Source: Eledone cirrhosa
Lineage: Eukaryota
Reading direction: 5' to 3'
Assembly: GCA_964016885.1 (NCBI GenBank)
Contig: OZ024743.1
Coordinates: 197,594,001 to 197,658,000, forward strand
Length of the DNA: 64,000 nucleotides
Of this stretch, positions 11,867-26,974 are shown piece by piece; the first letter of the stretch is position 1, and each line of letters starts with the position of its first letter. The notes beneath the pieces are model-generated. The model worked only from the letters and a program-made list of their open reading frames with translations, was not told the origin of the DNA and ran no database searches. Made by a program: the position numbers and the translations under genes.

Positions 11867-12774
11867 GCATGTTAGTATTTACTAAGCTTTGTTTAATAAT
11901 ATTTGGTGATGATAGATCAAAGTTCACTTCGCTTTTAAATAGAAACAAAGAAGAGTAACAGATGGAAGCCTTGTTATATCTTTGGATCAGTCTGTAGTAA
12001 TGGTCATTTTAAGTTGAAGGAAGGTAACAAAGATGAATACCGTATCACACAAAAAATAGCCAATGTAAACTTTCCTTCGTTTGATTTCTCATTGATAGAA
12101 TTATTTTCCTTCGCCAATAAACTTTCCTCCTTTTTCTCGATTATCTGTTGCATATTTTCGTTTCCTTTGCAAGATAGTGAATTGGGAGAGCAATTAGAAT
12201 GTTGGGTAGAATGGATATCAGTATTCATTTCGGCTCTCTAGGTCCTGAGTTCAAAACTTGCCGGGGTTAACTTTGCGTTTCATCTTTTTGCGGTGGATAA
12301 ATAAAATGCTAATTGAATACTAGCTTTCCTCTATATCCCCTTTTTCACATCGTCTGTAACTCACTGTCTTCTTCTCTTCAAGAAATTAACTTTGTTCAGA
12401 CCTAAAGAGAGATGCGCCTCGTCGGGTTTAAAACAAAATGTCAATCACACGCTGTATGTCCCTACTCCCTCCTACAGTCATTTTCGTAAGGCTTTTGTAG
12501 CACAACCACCATCTTAAGATTAAATTTTCATATTTTTCTTTGATCAGCGTTTTTTGAAGAAATGTTGATAACCAGAGGCTATATAAAATGTATGGATTAT
12601 TGATTTATTGAAATATTATGTGAAAGATTAAAGTGATTGATGCGAAACGTTCGAACTCAATGAATAGATGTTAATTTTAAATAATTTCAAGAGTCGTAAC
12701 CCCATTTTGGGTCTTAGTGAGTTACTGGCCTTTGTTTTGGTTACATGCGCTATACTATTCGGTAATGATCCTTA

Positions 12775-14506
12775 ATGGTAGTGGTGTTGGTGGTGGTGAT
12801 CGTGGTAGTGGTGGTAATGGTGGTGGTGGTGGTGATGGTAGTGGCGATGGTGGTTGTGTTGGTGGTGGTGATGGTGGTGGTGTTGGTGGTGGTGATGGTG
12901 GTAGTGGTGGTGGTGGTGGTGGTGGTGATGGTGGTGGTGATGGTGGTAGTGGTGGTAATGGTGGTGGTGGTGGTGGTGGTAGTGGCGATGGTGGTTGTGT
13001 TGGTGGTGGTGATGGTGGTGATGATGGTGGTGGTATTGGTGGTGGTGTTGGTGGTGGTGATGGTGGTAGTGGTGGTGATGGTGGTAGTGGTGGTGATGGT
13101 AGTGGTGGTGGTGATGGTGGTGGTGGTGGTGTTGGTGGTGGTGATGGTGGTAGTGGTGGTAATGGTGGTGGTGGTGGTGATGGTGGTGGTGGTGGTGATG
13201 GTGGTGGTGATGGTGGTGGTGGTGGTGATGGTGGTGGTGGTGGTGGTTGTGTTGGTGGTGGTGATGGTGGTGATGATGGTGGTGGTATTGGTGGTGGTGT
13301 TGGTGGTGGTGATGGTGGTAGTGGTGGTGATGGTGGTAGTGGTGGTGATGGTAGTGGTGGTGGTGATGGTGGTAGTGGTGGTAATGGTGGTGGTGGTGGT
13401 GGTGGTAGTGGCGATGGTGGTTGTGTTGGTGGTGGTGATGGTGGTGGTGATGGTGGTGGTATTGGTGGTGGTGATGGTGGTGATGGTGGTGGCGATGGTG
13501 GTTGTGTTGGTGGGGGTGATGGTGGTGGTGATGGTGGTGGTGGTGGTGGTGGTGGTGGTGATGGTGGTGGTATTGGTGGTGGTGATGGTGGTGATGGTGG
13601 TGGCGATGGTGGTTGTGTTGGTGGGGTTGATGGTGGTGGTGATGGTGGTGGTGGTGGTGGTGGTGATGGTGGTAGTGGTGGTGATGGTGGTGGTGGTGGT
13701 GATGGTAGTGGTGATGGTGGTGGTGTTGGTGGTGGTGATGGTGGTTGTGTTGGTGGTGGTGATGGTGGTGGTGATGGTGGTGGTATTGGTGGTGGTGATG
13801 GTGGTGGTGATGGTGGTGGTGATGGTGGTTGTGTTGGTGGTGGTAAAGGTGGTGGTGATGGTGGTGGTGATGGTGGTTGTGTTGGTGGTGGTGATGGTAG
13901 TGGTGATGATGTTGGTGATGATGGTGGTGATGGTGGTTGTGTTGGTGGTGGTGATGGCGGTGGTGATGGTGGTTGTGTTGGTGGTGGTAATGGTGGTGGT
14001 GATGGTGGTGGTGATGGTGGTTGTGTTGGTGGTGGTGATGGTGGTGGTGATGATGGTGGTGATGATGGTGGTGATGGTGGTTGTGTTGGTGGTGGTGATG
14101 GCGGTGGTGATGGTGGTTGTGTTGGTGATTGTGGTGGTGATGGTGGTTGTGTTGGTGGTGATGATGGTGGTGGTGATGGTGGTGGTGATGGTGGTGGTGA
14201 TGGTGGTTGTGTTGGTGGTGGTAATGGTGGTGGTGATGCTGGTGGTGATGGTGGTGGTGATGGTGGTTGTGTTGGTGGTGGTTTAGTGCTGTTGGCAGTG
14301 ATGATGATGGTGGTGGTGATGGTGGTGATAAAGATGATGCTGACGATTGTGATGACGGTATCCGTAGTAGTATTGGTGTAGAGGTAGTGATAATGATTGT
14401 GGTGGTGATGATGGTGGTGGTGACGGTAGTAGTGCTTGTATTGGTAGTCGTCTTGATTGTGGTATTGATAGTGGTGGGTGTTGAAGATGATGATTATGAT
14501 GATGAT
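12775..14506. repeat. (GGT)n-based low-complexity compound microsatellite
   Basis: About 1.7 kb of GGT/GAT/TGT triplets with higher-order duplications. The Gly-rich and Val-rich ORFs are reading-frame by-products. Confidence 0.9.
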
Positions 14507-14608
14507 GGAAAATATGAAAACTTTCTTAATTTATTTGAGAATCGAAAGAAAGATTCGATGAAAAAAGAAACAGAAAGGAACTGAGAGAGATTTAAAGAGG
14601 AAGATAAA

Positions 14609-14746
<138 letters not shown>

Positions 14747-16032
14747 GAATGGATGTTGAAATAAGAAAAAAACCATAGAGTTTAGGTTTATGTTTATATA
14801 TGTGCAACAGTATAGTTTTGTTACAGCAAGAGCTTGATGTGTCTTCCATTGCTAAAAATTCCAACAACATATGTTGTACACAAAATGGCCGCCTCTGTAT
14901 TCAGTTCTTTCTTCCCACTTCTTTATTGTTAGTTGTTGTTGTCCGACTTCCCATTTACTTAACAAGATATGACACTTCCCGCTGGGGATACTGCATTCTT
15001 TATCCATCCAATCGTTCGGCTGGCCGTCTGGATAACTTAATTCCTCTCCTATTTTTAAATTGTAGGAAAATTGTTTGTGACGCTGACTGTAAAAAAAATG
15101 GAGTAGCGTTGATCAGTCGGATATCGTTCATACTTCCTTTATGTTGCTAGATCCTGTTCTAGATTTAAAGACATTCTCCTACGTTCCATAATCCACAACT
15201 GAAGAAAGAAAAAAGAAAACAAATAAACAAACCAATAAACAAATAAGACATGAAAAACGAAGGACAAGTTAAACTGAAGAATAAAGAATAAAGCATTTTT
15301 CTTCTTTAGTTTAAAATTGTATTGTTTATCTTTTTCAATCATATCTTGCGTTTTTCTTTTTACACACTCTTAGTTGTTTATAAGATGTAGCAAAATACGC
15401 TTCCCCACAAGGCGCCGGAAGAATTGCTCGAAGGTAAACAATCTTTAGCAAGTGGATTATGGTCTTAATTAGCAATTGGAATTTTTTTCAAAGAAACTCT
15501 TAAGTATTTCTCCAGAAAATGGTTCTAAAAACAAGAAAAAATAACCTAAGTGCTATATAAGTAATAGTTTTCTGTCTTCATAGTTCAACATTACAGGGCA
15601 GAAGGTTTTTTTAGGTAACTTCTCAAAGTTTAGTGGCGCAACTTCGACTTAAAGAAGCATAACTAGTAGACTTAACATAGCATAAGATTGCCATCTTTCG
15701 GGTGGGTAGAAAGTATGAAATGATTAGTGGTAATATTTAGTGTGACAATTTAAATTAATAAAGAAAAACAACTGATCAGCCCACCAACAACTAGAATCAA
15801 CATTTGGGAGTAAATGACTGAATTAACTTCAGCAGAATATATATATATATACACACAGAGGTATCCACTGTAAGTTGTGGGGTCTATTCTGTATGAAGAA
15901 CTCAATGTAATCCATATGTTGAAAATGTTGTAGGTTAAGATAAATCTCAGAAAACAATAAAACATTAAAAGGAAAAAAACAGAGTCATGATATAAGTTAA
16001 AACAATGAAATAAAAAAATCAAATTGTTTTAA

Positions 16033-16198
<166 letters not shown>

Positions 16199-16322
16199 TG
16201 GGGTGGGATGCTTAAAGCGTCCGTAAGCGGTAGGCCGTTTGAGCATTCGATGCTCTTACAGAGCAGAGAATAATATCACATAAGAAATGGAGAATCAGTG
16301 TTGCGACGAATTAAAATTTATT

Positions 16323-16415
16323 AGACATATTACAATCGTTTCTCTGGCGACCAGCTCGAGGCATGATCGATGCAATGATCGAACCTCAGATACGTCTCGA
16401 TCCTCAGATACGTCT
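16323..16415 (-). ncRNA. Type-I hammerhead ribozyme motif with an 18-nt internal duplication, inside inverted repeat 16273-16525
   Basis: Minus strand reads AGACGTAT-CTGAGGA-(long stem II region)-GAAAC-GATT-GTA-ATATGTCT. Stem I is 8 bp with one G.U pair. Confidence 0.6.
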
Positions 16416-16518
16416 CGATCTTTCGAAGCAGAGTTTCCAACATATTTGGAAACTCTGCTTCGAAAGAATATGTATAATAAATTTTAATTCGTCGCATCAC
16501 TGATTCTCCGTTTCTTAT

Positions 16519-16585
<67 letters not shown>

Positions 16586-16693
16586 GGAATAGAATGAAAC
16601 GAAATTTCATTTCTCACTCTTAGTACGGCACTTACTTAAATGTAAGTATGTATGTATACGTACATACATATATGTATACAGACGTACAGTAGC

Positions 16694-16762
<69 letters not shown>

Positions 16763-16911
16763 CAGGCACACATATATATATGTACGTATCAGTTTACCGA
16801 ACATTTATTATAATGTTCGCTTTGTTCGTTTGTAAACAAACGGACAGCCTGATATACGCCGTACAGTGTTCAGGCAACCACGTCACCTTTTTGTTCAACA
16901 CTGACACAGGA

Positions 16912-16954
16912 ACGATGTACTAGTTTCAAGCTTGTTAGCTATCGTCAGCACCGT
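16912..16954 (-). ncRNA. Type-I hammerhead ribozyme, family B
   Basis: Minus strand reads ACGGTG-CTGACGA-T-AGCT-AACA-AGCT-T-GAAAC-TA-GTA-CATCGT. Confidence 0.8.
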
Positions 16955-17098
16955 ATACCCTTGTGCCAGATGGTTGAACGTTCGAAAGTATATACTTTCC
17001 TTATGAAAATACCGCGATAGCTAACATTTCTAATAATTTCAAATCCTCTCGCTGTTTCGAAAATATTCTGACTTAATATATATATATATTCTGCTGAA

Positions 17099-17204
<106 letters not shown>

Positions 17205-17325
17205 TGCTGAAGTATATATATATATATATATATTGAGTATATGTTGGTTGTATACCAACACCTCAGTATGCAAGCTGGAGCACTCGACGAAGTGCGTAGG
17301 TTGGTTTGGTTACTCCGGAGTAATG

Positions 17326-17652
17326 TAAAATAAAGTTAAATAAAAAGTCAAATGTTTAAAATTTAGCTTCGTTTATTATTGCTATATATATTTCTGTGAC
17401 AGCCATCTTTGGCTGTGACCTCTTCAGGTAGTCCGAATTAGTGTGGTATAGACAAGTACATACTCTGATATGCCCAGGAACTGGGCATATCAGAGTATTG
17501 ACAATATTATACACCTCAACAACATATGTACTTGTCTATACCACACTAATTCGGACTACCTGAAGAGGTCACAGCCAAAGATGGCTGTCACAGAAATATA
17601 TATAGCAATAATAAACGAAGCTAAATTTTAAACATTTGACTTTTTATTTAAC

Positions 17653-17660
<8 letters not shown>
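17326..17660. repeat. Long palindrome (~135-bp arms) between (TA)n tracts; each arm holds a hammerhead-like core
   Basis: 17328-17462 is the reverse complement of 17525-17659. CTGAAGA-GGTC-ACAGCCA-AAGA-TGGCTGT-CACA-GAAA-TATATATA lies at 17560-17604 with a poor stem I. An inner hairpin is at 17460-17498. Confidence 0.85.
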
Positions 17661-17748
<88 letters not shown>

Positions 17749-17992
17749 TATTATATATATTAAATTATTTTGTTTGACCTGTTTGGCGTGCCTCGTCTTT
17801 TTGGCTTAGGTGGCTGTTGGCTTCTTGACCGCCATCTCAATTTGTTTGGTCTTTATAACTTATGTTTATTGCTCTGGTCTTTATTTGGTCCATGGAGCGC
17901 TTGCCAACATAACTCGGATATTGCGTTTCGCTTTTTTTCGACCACAGCCGAAATCCGATCTCGCTGAAATTATATTTGTACATATATCTATA

Positions 17993-18057
<65 letters not shown>

Positions 18058-18106
18058 ACATATATGTGTATGTGTATGTTTATGTATATATGTCTATATA
18101 TATATA

Positions 18107-18187
<81 letters not shown>

Positions 18188-18375
18188 ATGCATATGTATA
18201 TATATATACATATATATATAAATATATATATAACCAAAGATTAATATGGCTCGTTGATTACTCAATGAATACAATTTTACAATAGATTAAAAGCCCTCAA
18301 CTGTGGGTTTTCCTGGAATTTTTAATATTATTCAAAATATTAACAAATGAAAGATATTCACATAATCAAAATATA

Positions 18376-18443
18376 TACTTTATTATATATATTTCAAAAT
18401 TACTGTGTTATTTTTTTTCAGTACGTCTTCATCAGATAAAATA
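18376..18443 (-). ncRNA. Type-I hammerhead ribozyme, family A
   Basis: Minus strand reads TATTTTAT-CTGATGA-(..TACTG..CAGTA..)-GAAA-TATATATA-ATAAAGTA. Stem I is 8 bp and stem II is weak. Confidence 0.65.
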
Positions 18444-18464
18444 TATGATTTGATATATAACATA

Positions 18465-19854
<1,390 letters not shown>

Positions 19855-20159
19855 TGGGTATAAGGGTGTGTGTTTTTGCGAGTGTGGGGGAGTAAGGGCT
19901 TTATATATGTGTGTGTGAATATGCTTGTAGACACCTGAATTATAGGCATTGTTAGCTTAAGAGAACCTTAAAAATAAGGAGTGGCACCCCCAGTTTGAAC
20001 TTGTTTATAGAATTCTTTGTGCTTTTGTTACTGTAAATATAGCTTTTAAAGAATTCCCTTTTCTTTAAACCCATCAACCAATGACCTCCACCCATTCCAA
20101 TCACCACCCTCTCCTACCACAAGAAAAGATATAAATACCACCATATTACTTGGACAGTC

Positions 20160-20210
20160 AGCTTCCTGATGATTTCTCACGAATGAAACAGTTTTAGTCC
20201 TGTAGAAGCT
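20160..20210 (+). ncRNA. Type-I hammerhead ribozyme, family C (full stem III)
   Basis: AGCTTC-CTGATGA-T-TTC-TCAC-GAA-T-GAA-ACAG-TTTTAGTC-CTGT-A-GAAGCT. Stem I is 6 bp, stem III is 4 bp, and the cleavage site is GUA. Decayed relatives lie at ~22506-22548 (+) and 30976-31025 (-). Confidence 0.78.
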
Positions 20211-20227
20211 TTTCTATATATATATAT

Positions 20228-20479
20228 CACCTTGACCGATCAGTCTGTCGGGCGCCAATCGGCGCCGCTGGTCACAGCACGTAGTGCTGTTTTAGCCATA
20301 AGATAACGCCATCGCACTGGCTGGGCGGGTAGGCTGGTACTCATTTCTACAGCTGAATAAACTGGAACAACGTGAAATAAAGTGTCTTGCTCAAGGAAAC
20401 AACACATCACCCGGTCCGAGAATTGAACTCACAACCTTTCGTTTGCAAGCCCAATGCTCTAAGCACTAAGCCATGCGCC

Positions 20480-20482
<3 letters not shown>
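20228..20482 (-). mobile_element. tRNA-derived SINE, family 2
   Basis: Minus strand starts GAAGGCGCATGGCTTAGTG (A box), then GAGTTCAATTCTC (B box) and TCCTTGAGCAAGACACT. Related copies are at 41700-42010, 56955-57075 and 59855-60095. Confidence 0.75.
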
Positions 20483-20559
<77 letters not shown>

Positions 20560-20600
20560 CGATATTAAACAAATGGAAACTATATTTATAAAACCATATT

Positions 20601-20668
20601 TATTTCATTATATATATATTTCAGGGATACCATATTAAAAATATGGTATGCCTTCCTCAGACAAAATA
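20601..20668 (-). ncRNA. Type-I hammerhead ribozyme, family A (left arm of inverted pair 20558-21339)
   Basis: Reverse complement of the 21231-21296 motif with one extra TA in stem III. Confidence 0.75.
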
Positions 20669-21030
20669 CAATATATAAACCGTTTTATAAATAAATTTGA
20701 CATACCTAGAACAGTGCAACTTCCATTTAAAAAGTTGATTTGGTAGTGAAAATGTTGAGGACAGTTAAATAGAAGGACGAAGAGAAAAAAGAAAAGAGAA
20801 AAAAAGAAGACAAAAAAAAGAAAAAAGAGGAGAAGAAGAAAGAAAGTGTATAGCGCTAAGGACAGTTAGAGAAGAAGATGAAGAGATGTATGCAAAGAAA
20901 GCAACAGAGCGAGATAGAGAGAAAGAGATATGGGAGAGAGAAATATATTGAGGGAGTGAAAAATGATAGGCAGCTTGGAGACAGATGATCACCGTACAAA
21001 TGAGATATTAAGGAGGGAAGGAGGTACTGT

Positions 21031-21063
<33 letters not shown>

Positions 21064-21230
21064 GTTATAGTGTTAAGGATACGGAGAGAAATATGATAAA
21101 TAAAGAGAGGTAGAGAGAGATATATTTATAAAGAGATATATTTATAAAGAGAGGTAGAGAGAGATTATAAAGAGATATATTTATAAAGAGAGGTAGAGAG
21201 AGATTTATTTATAAAACGGTTTATATATTG

Positions 21231-21296
21231 TATTTTGTCTGAGGAAGGCATACCATATTTTTAATATGGTATCCCTGAAATATATATAATGAAATA
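21231..21296 (+). ncRNA. Type-I hammerhead ribozyme, family A
   Basis: TATTTTGT-CTGAGGA-AGGCATACCATATT-TTT-AATATGGTATCCCT-GAAA-TATATATA-ATGAAATA. Stem I is 8 bp (2 G.U) and stem II pairs at 13 of 14 positions. Confidence 0.8.
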
Positions 21297-21423
21297 AATA
21301 TGGTTTTATAAATGTAGTTTCCATTTGTTTAATATCGTAAACCTACTCCAAACCTGTTGAGTGCTTTTATATCAGTTATAAAATATTTACTCGTTGTAAC
21401 CCTACAATTTTAAATAAAACTTT

Positions 21424-21459
<36 letters not shown>

Positions 21460-21493
21460 GTAAAATAACAGATTAAAGTTTAAGCAAAGAATC

Positions 21494-21537
<44 letters not shown>

Positions 21538-21553
21538 GTATATATATATATAC

Positions 21554-21617
<64 letters not shown>

Positions 21618-22069
21618 GTATATATATATATACTATAAAGTATGTCCATAGAATCATTTGATAATATATATACACCATTTCCTCTCTCAATTAGCATAAT
21701 TAACCACACAAAAAATAAATTAGACCTGGTTATAAGATTAAAAAGCACCTATGAAAAATTAGTAAATAAATAAACGATACCAATCTCTTCGCGGCCAATC
21801 GCCATAGAATATATACCCAACATTTCAACAGCACGTGGAAATCGATTAAATATCCGGTCAACCATACACAATTAGGTATAAAATTAAAGTTAGAAATGCT
21901 TATATACATACCAGGATTATGTCCCTACCCTTGGGTTTCGTTCGTATTTTGATATATCCTATAAAGGATAAAATCTCGAGCTTCAAACTCGTCAGGATAT
22001 ATATACACATACACACAAACACACACAACATATATATATATATTTATTTATAGATAGATAAATAGATAG

Positions 22070-22230
22070 AGGGGTGAATTGACAGAGTCGCTAGAACGTC
22101 GGGTAGAATATTTTGCGGTATTCGTTCCAGCTCTCTGGTCTATGAGTTCAAATTCAGCCGAGGTCAACTTTGCCTTTCATCCTTTCGAGGTTAATAAAAA
22201 AAATACCAACCTAGTACTGAGGTCGATTCT
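22070..22230 (+). mobile_element. SINE family 1 fragment
   Basis: GAGTTCAAATTCAGCCGAGGTCAACTTTGCCTTTCATCCTTTCGAGG. Confidence 0.7.
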
Positions 22231-22628
22231 TCCGCTATACCATTCTCTTGTTCTCTCTATCCTTTTCTGGAAGAAATCTACTGTACTCAGATCTGGAAAG
22301 GACTGGGCTCCACCAGGTTTAAAATGATCAAGAAACGCCGTATGTTAATACGGTGACCATACGACTTCATCAGGAGTTACGGGACCATACTATATATATA
22401 TATATATATATAAATTAAAATAACAGATTAAAGTTTAAGCAAAGAATCGCTTATATATACATATACATATATGTGTGTGCGCATCTATCCATGTATATAT
22501 GCACAGATTTCGTGTTCGAATGAAACAGTTCGAGTCCTGTAGAAAGCATTTCTATATTTAAAAAATGTATACTCTGCTATCTATTGAGTACCTTACTTAC
22601 TGTGTTTACACACACGCACAACACACAT

Positions 22629-22720
<92 letters not shown>

Positions 22721-23185
22721 GGGGACTGTGTAACGTGTGTATGAGTGTGCACCTAAATCTGTGTAGGCCTTTAAGCTAAAGTTCTAAAGTTATAACAAAA
22801 AGGAAATATAAAATGGATTCAAGCATGAACGAAAAACATACATTTGTCTTGTGTAAATAAGACTTTATGTGAATAAAATAAAGATGGAAAAAATACAGTT
22901 GTTGATAGTTTTGTTGAATGTGTGATATCATTGTCGTTGTTAAGAGTTAAGGTTGTCTAATTACCCCCGTTCTGGCATTAAACCACTCAATACCCTGAAA
23001 TTGGAAGACTGTATAGCTAGCCTTTTATGATTACGATGTTCTCAAAAATAACATTTCATCATTATTTAGGTTCAAAAAGACTTAATTAATTCAGCTACCT
23101 CTCAGTTCGCGAAACACTTTGAACTTCAAAGGTCTCAGTTCGTTTCTCTTCAGATGCCACAAATGACTGTTGAAAAATAATAGGT

Positions 23186-23221
<36 letters not shown>

Positions 23222-24079
23222 CATATATTTCGTATATTCATATGACTAGAAGAATCGTAACATATTTTGTGTGAAGAGCTATAATTCCGTGGGAAACAAA
23301 TCTTTTGTAAGCTTGGTGGAACCAATCTCAAAATAATAGGTAGACTTTTATATAAAAAAAAAATACTGTAATTATACAACTTGAAGAATCATAACATATT
23401 TTAATATTGTAAGAGTTATAATTCTCTGAGAACCTATTTTATTTGTAAGAGATGATACAGGCTGGTAGCGCCAATCTCGGAATGTGATAGCCTACTTCAT
23501 ACAGTAAAACATTGGTCCTTTGATTACGAAGTAAGTATTGCCTGTTGTCGATGTTTCCTTGCGTCAAACAACATTTTTCAACGCCAATGGCACATTGGGT
23601 AAGTGCTCCTCACAAGAATACTATCACCGTTTAGGTTTAGACATCTTAAACTGCTCTGAAAACAGCGCAAAAATATTTATTTATTCCTGATTCTCAACCG
23701 AATTATCTTGCTTGAAGAAGCATGGAACAAATCAGTATAAGTTGATTAAATCAATCCCCAGAACTTCACTTCAGTTTTTATTTTATTTAAGGATGAAAGT
23801 TAAAACTGACCTCAGAGGGATTTGAACTCAAAACGTAAAAATCTTAAACAAAATACTGCTGTCCAATCGGAAAATATATAATAGATGTTATTGTAGGCTG
23901 ACTCATAAGTTTGTTTGCAGGTATGAATGAAGAATCACAATGCATTTAGTATTGTAGAAATTATTCACCCAAAGATTCAATTTTTATAGACAACTGGGAA
24001 ATCCACACTAGATTTGTATCGTCGTTTTCGTAGAATAAAATAGTTTTTTCCAGATTATAGATATATACATACACACATA

Positions 24080-25060
24080 CACGATGGCTGCAACTCTGCT
24101 AAGAGTATTGCAATCGCTTGTCAGATTACAGAGTTTGGTGCAGTTTTAGGTTACGGCTAACCACGCGAACCTGTAACATCCTGAACAAGCAATGCCTGTG
24201 CTTTGAAGGTTTTATTAGTGGGGAAAGGCCTTGCACTCGACCAATCCCACCCTCTGAGCATCGAAAACACTAACCGAAAAAGAGAACTGGTCAACATCAT
24301 CGGATGCCTCTGAAGCCGCAGGTTTTTTTTCCAAGTTTCCCTCTCCTATAAAGGTGTTGATATACATACATACATACAAACATATATATGATGGCTGCCC
24401 CCTCGTTATCGAGTATGGCCATTGCACCATATGACATTATTAATAATTATCAATTAAGCTATCGTGCAATTCTGTGCGTGAAGATTATTTTTAAAGTGAG
24501 AAAAGACTGTGCACTGAGCCAATCCCACTCTCTGAACGACAGTAGCTATAACCCGAAAAGATGAAAAGATCAACATCATCGGTAACTACTGTGCCGCAGG
24601 TTTTATGTCGGAGTTATCCCAGTTTCCTGAGTTACCTTCTCTTAAAAGAATGCCCTGACAAAGGCTGGGGGTCCTTCACTCCCAGTGGTTTAACCGCGCG
24701 ATCGGGTATCCAGCTCGAGTATTTCTATGTCCCCGCGCATATATACACATATGCATACATGCATACACGATGGCTGCAAACTCTGCTAAGAGTATTGCAA
24801 TCGCTTGTCAGATTATAGAGTTTGGTGCACTTTTAGGCTACTGCCAGCCACACAAACCTGTAACATATCCTGAACAAGCAATGCCTGTGCATACTTACAT
24901 ACATGCATGATGATGGCTGCCCCCTCGTTATCGAGTATGACCATTATTAATAATTATCACTTAATGCTATTGTGCAATGCCTGTGCGCGAAGATGTTTTG
25001 TACAGTGAGGAAAGACTGTGCACTGAGCCAATCCCACTCTCTGGGCAACAGTAGCTATAA
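24080..25060. repeat. Partial tandem duplication of an unclassified repeat associated with (TACA)n; another copy starts at the window end (63964-64000)
   Basis: ACACGATGGCTGCAA..CTCTGCTAAGAGTATTGC at ~24080 and ~24766; GATGGCTGCCCCCTCGTTATCGAGTATG at 24390, 24912 and 63964. Confidence 0.7.
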
Positions 25061-25389
25061 CATACATACATACAAATTTGTGAAATTATAGAACCAAAAG
25101 AACTTACATACATACGTAAAGATTAACTAAATAAGTACTAGTAATGGTATCAACTATTGGCCTATATATGTTTTTTTTAAATATTCATAGTGAACAATAT
25201 ATAAACTAATGGAAAAAATACCTTTCCATGAATTCAAACATCTTAATAAAAAAAAAGTCGATTTATTAGAATATTTAACTTAATCATTTCTGACAGCCAG
25301 AAGCTAAATAACCTAGTAGACTTATGGTCCTAAGTATTCATTTTAGTGACTAGATATTAACACAGCTCATGTTAAAATATGACACCCTC

Positions 25390-25444
<55 letters not shown>

Positions 25445-25812
25445 CACACATATAGTCGCATGGACACACATATGTACACAGACATACATATATATACTGC
25501 CACACATACACACATATATGTTGAAAAGACTGTAGAATTTAAAACATTCTAACACTAAGTGAATGAGCATTCAATACTGGCGAATAGTGTAGAAAATTAT
25601 CTTTTAAAGAGAAAAGAGGCAGTGTATGGATATATCTATGTATATCTCTCTTTCTCTCACTCTCTATCTTTCACTCATCCTCTCTATCTTCCCCCCCCCC
25701 CCCCCATCTCTCTCTGTATATATATATGTATATATGAAAAGTTTGGGATCCCGACGGCTGAGCTCCGGCCGAGCTCCGACCGAGCTCCGACCGAGCTCCG
25801 GCCGTTTCAACA

Positions 25813-25910
<98 letters not shown>

Positions 25911-26169
25911 TTGTGTGTGCATGTATGTATATATATACATACTACTGTACGTCTGTATACATATATGTATGTACGTATACATACTTATATTTAGGTATCA
26001 GCCGTACTAAGAGTGAGAAATGAAATTCCGTTTCATTCTTTTCCATTTATCGTTTTCGGTGCGCCCGGCCGACTGAACTCACTCGATATGCAAATTGGGC
26101 TGCTCAGCCGTTAATATGCATAAGAAAAGTATATACTTTCAGACGTTCAATCATCTGACAGAAAGGTAT

Positions 26170-26212
26170 ACGATGCTGACGATAGCTAATAATCTTGAAA
26201 CTAGTACATCGT
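26170..26212 (+). ncRNA. Type-I hammerhead ribozyme, family B
   Basis: ACGATG-CTGACGA-TAGCTAATAATCTT-GAAAC-TA-GTA-CATCGT, with a perfect 6-bp stem I. Confidence 0.78.
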
Positions 26213-26373
26213 TCCTGTGTCAGTGTTGAACAAAAGGGCGACGATGGTTGCCGAGCACTGTACGGCGTAATTCGGGATGTTTGTTTACAAACAAACCGAA
26301 TATTATAATAAATCTTCGGTAAACCCATACGTACATATATAGTGAGAAATGAAATTTCGTGTCATTCTTTTCC

Positions 26374-26412
<39 letters not shown>

Positions 26413-26509
26413 TATAAAAACAAATAACGAAACGAAATTAAATTTCGTTTCGTTTGTAACTCACTTTTGTATGACTGACGCTTAAACAATTAAGGCCGGA
26501 AGATAGGTA

Positions 26510-26554
26510 AATATTGCTGATGAGATGTAACAACATCGAAACTAGTCCAATATT
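26510..26554 (+). ncRNA. Canonical minimal type-I hammerhead ribozyme, family B' (copy 1 of tandem pair)
   Basis: AATATTG-CTGATGA-GATGT-AACA-ACATC-GAAAC-TA-GTC-CAATATT. All core nucleotides are present, stem I is 7 bp, stem II is 5 bp, stem III is the palindrome ACTAGT, and the site is GUC. Confidence 0.92.
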
Positions 26555-26974
26555 CCTGTCTGGCTTTCTGGAGAATAGAGGAAAGGTGTTTCCTCGAAAA
26601 CCAGTATGACTCTAAAAACCGGTTTGTCTGTGTGTTTACATACAGAATAGCTGGACACTCACAGTAAAGTGTCCAGTGAAAAACTCGGTACATCTACATA
26701 TGTACACGTGTGTGTATTCATATGCATACTAGTATTTCAGTATACATATGTGGATGTTCATTTTTAACTTAATTGTTTAAGCGTCAGTCATACAAAAGTG
26801 AGTTACAAACGAAACGAAATTTAATTTCGTTTCGTTATTTGTTTTTATCGTCTCCGCTGAACCGGTACGTACTTACGCTCTATGCAAATTAGTCTGCCCA
26901 CTACTAATTTTCATAGAAAAAGCATATAACGATATGTGCTTTTACGATTCTCTAGAAAGGCCGGAAGATAGGTA

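Noticed and set aside
12717-14381. 554-aa Gly-rich ORF and 503-aa Val-rich ORF
   Set aside because: These are frames of a (GGT)n compound microsatellite that lacks stops by composition. No splice or domain evidence, although a glycine-rich exon cannot be fully excluded.
14800-15150. 116-aa ORF or possible host exon in unique sequence
   Set aside because: No recognisable motif and no supportable exon chain.
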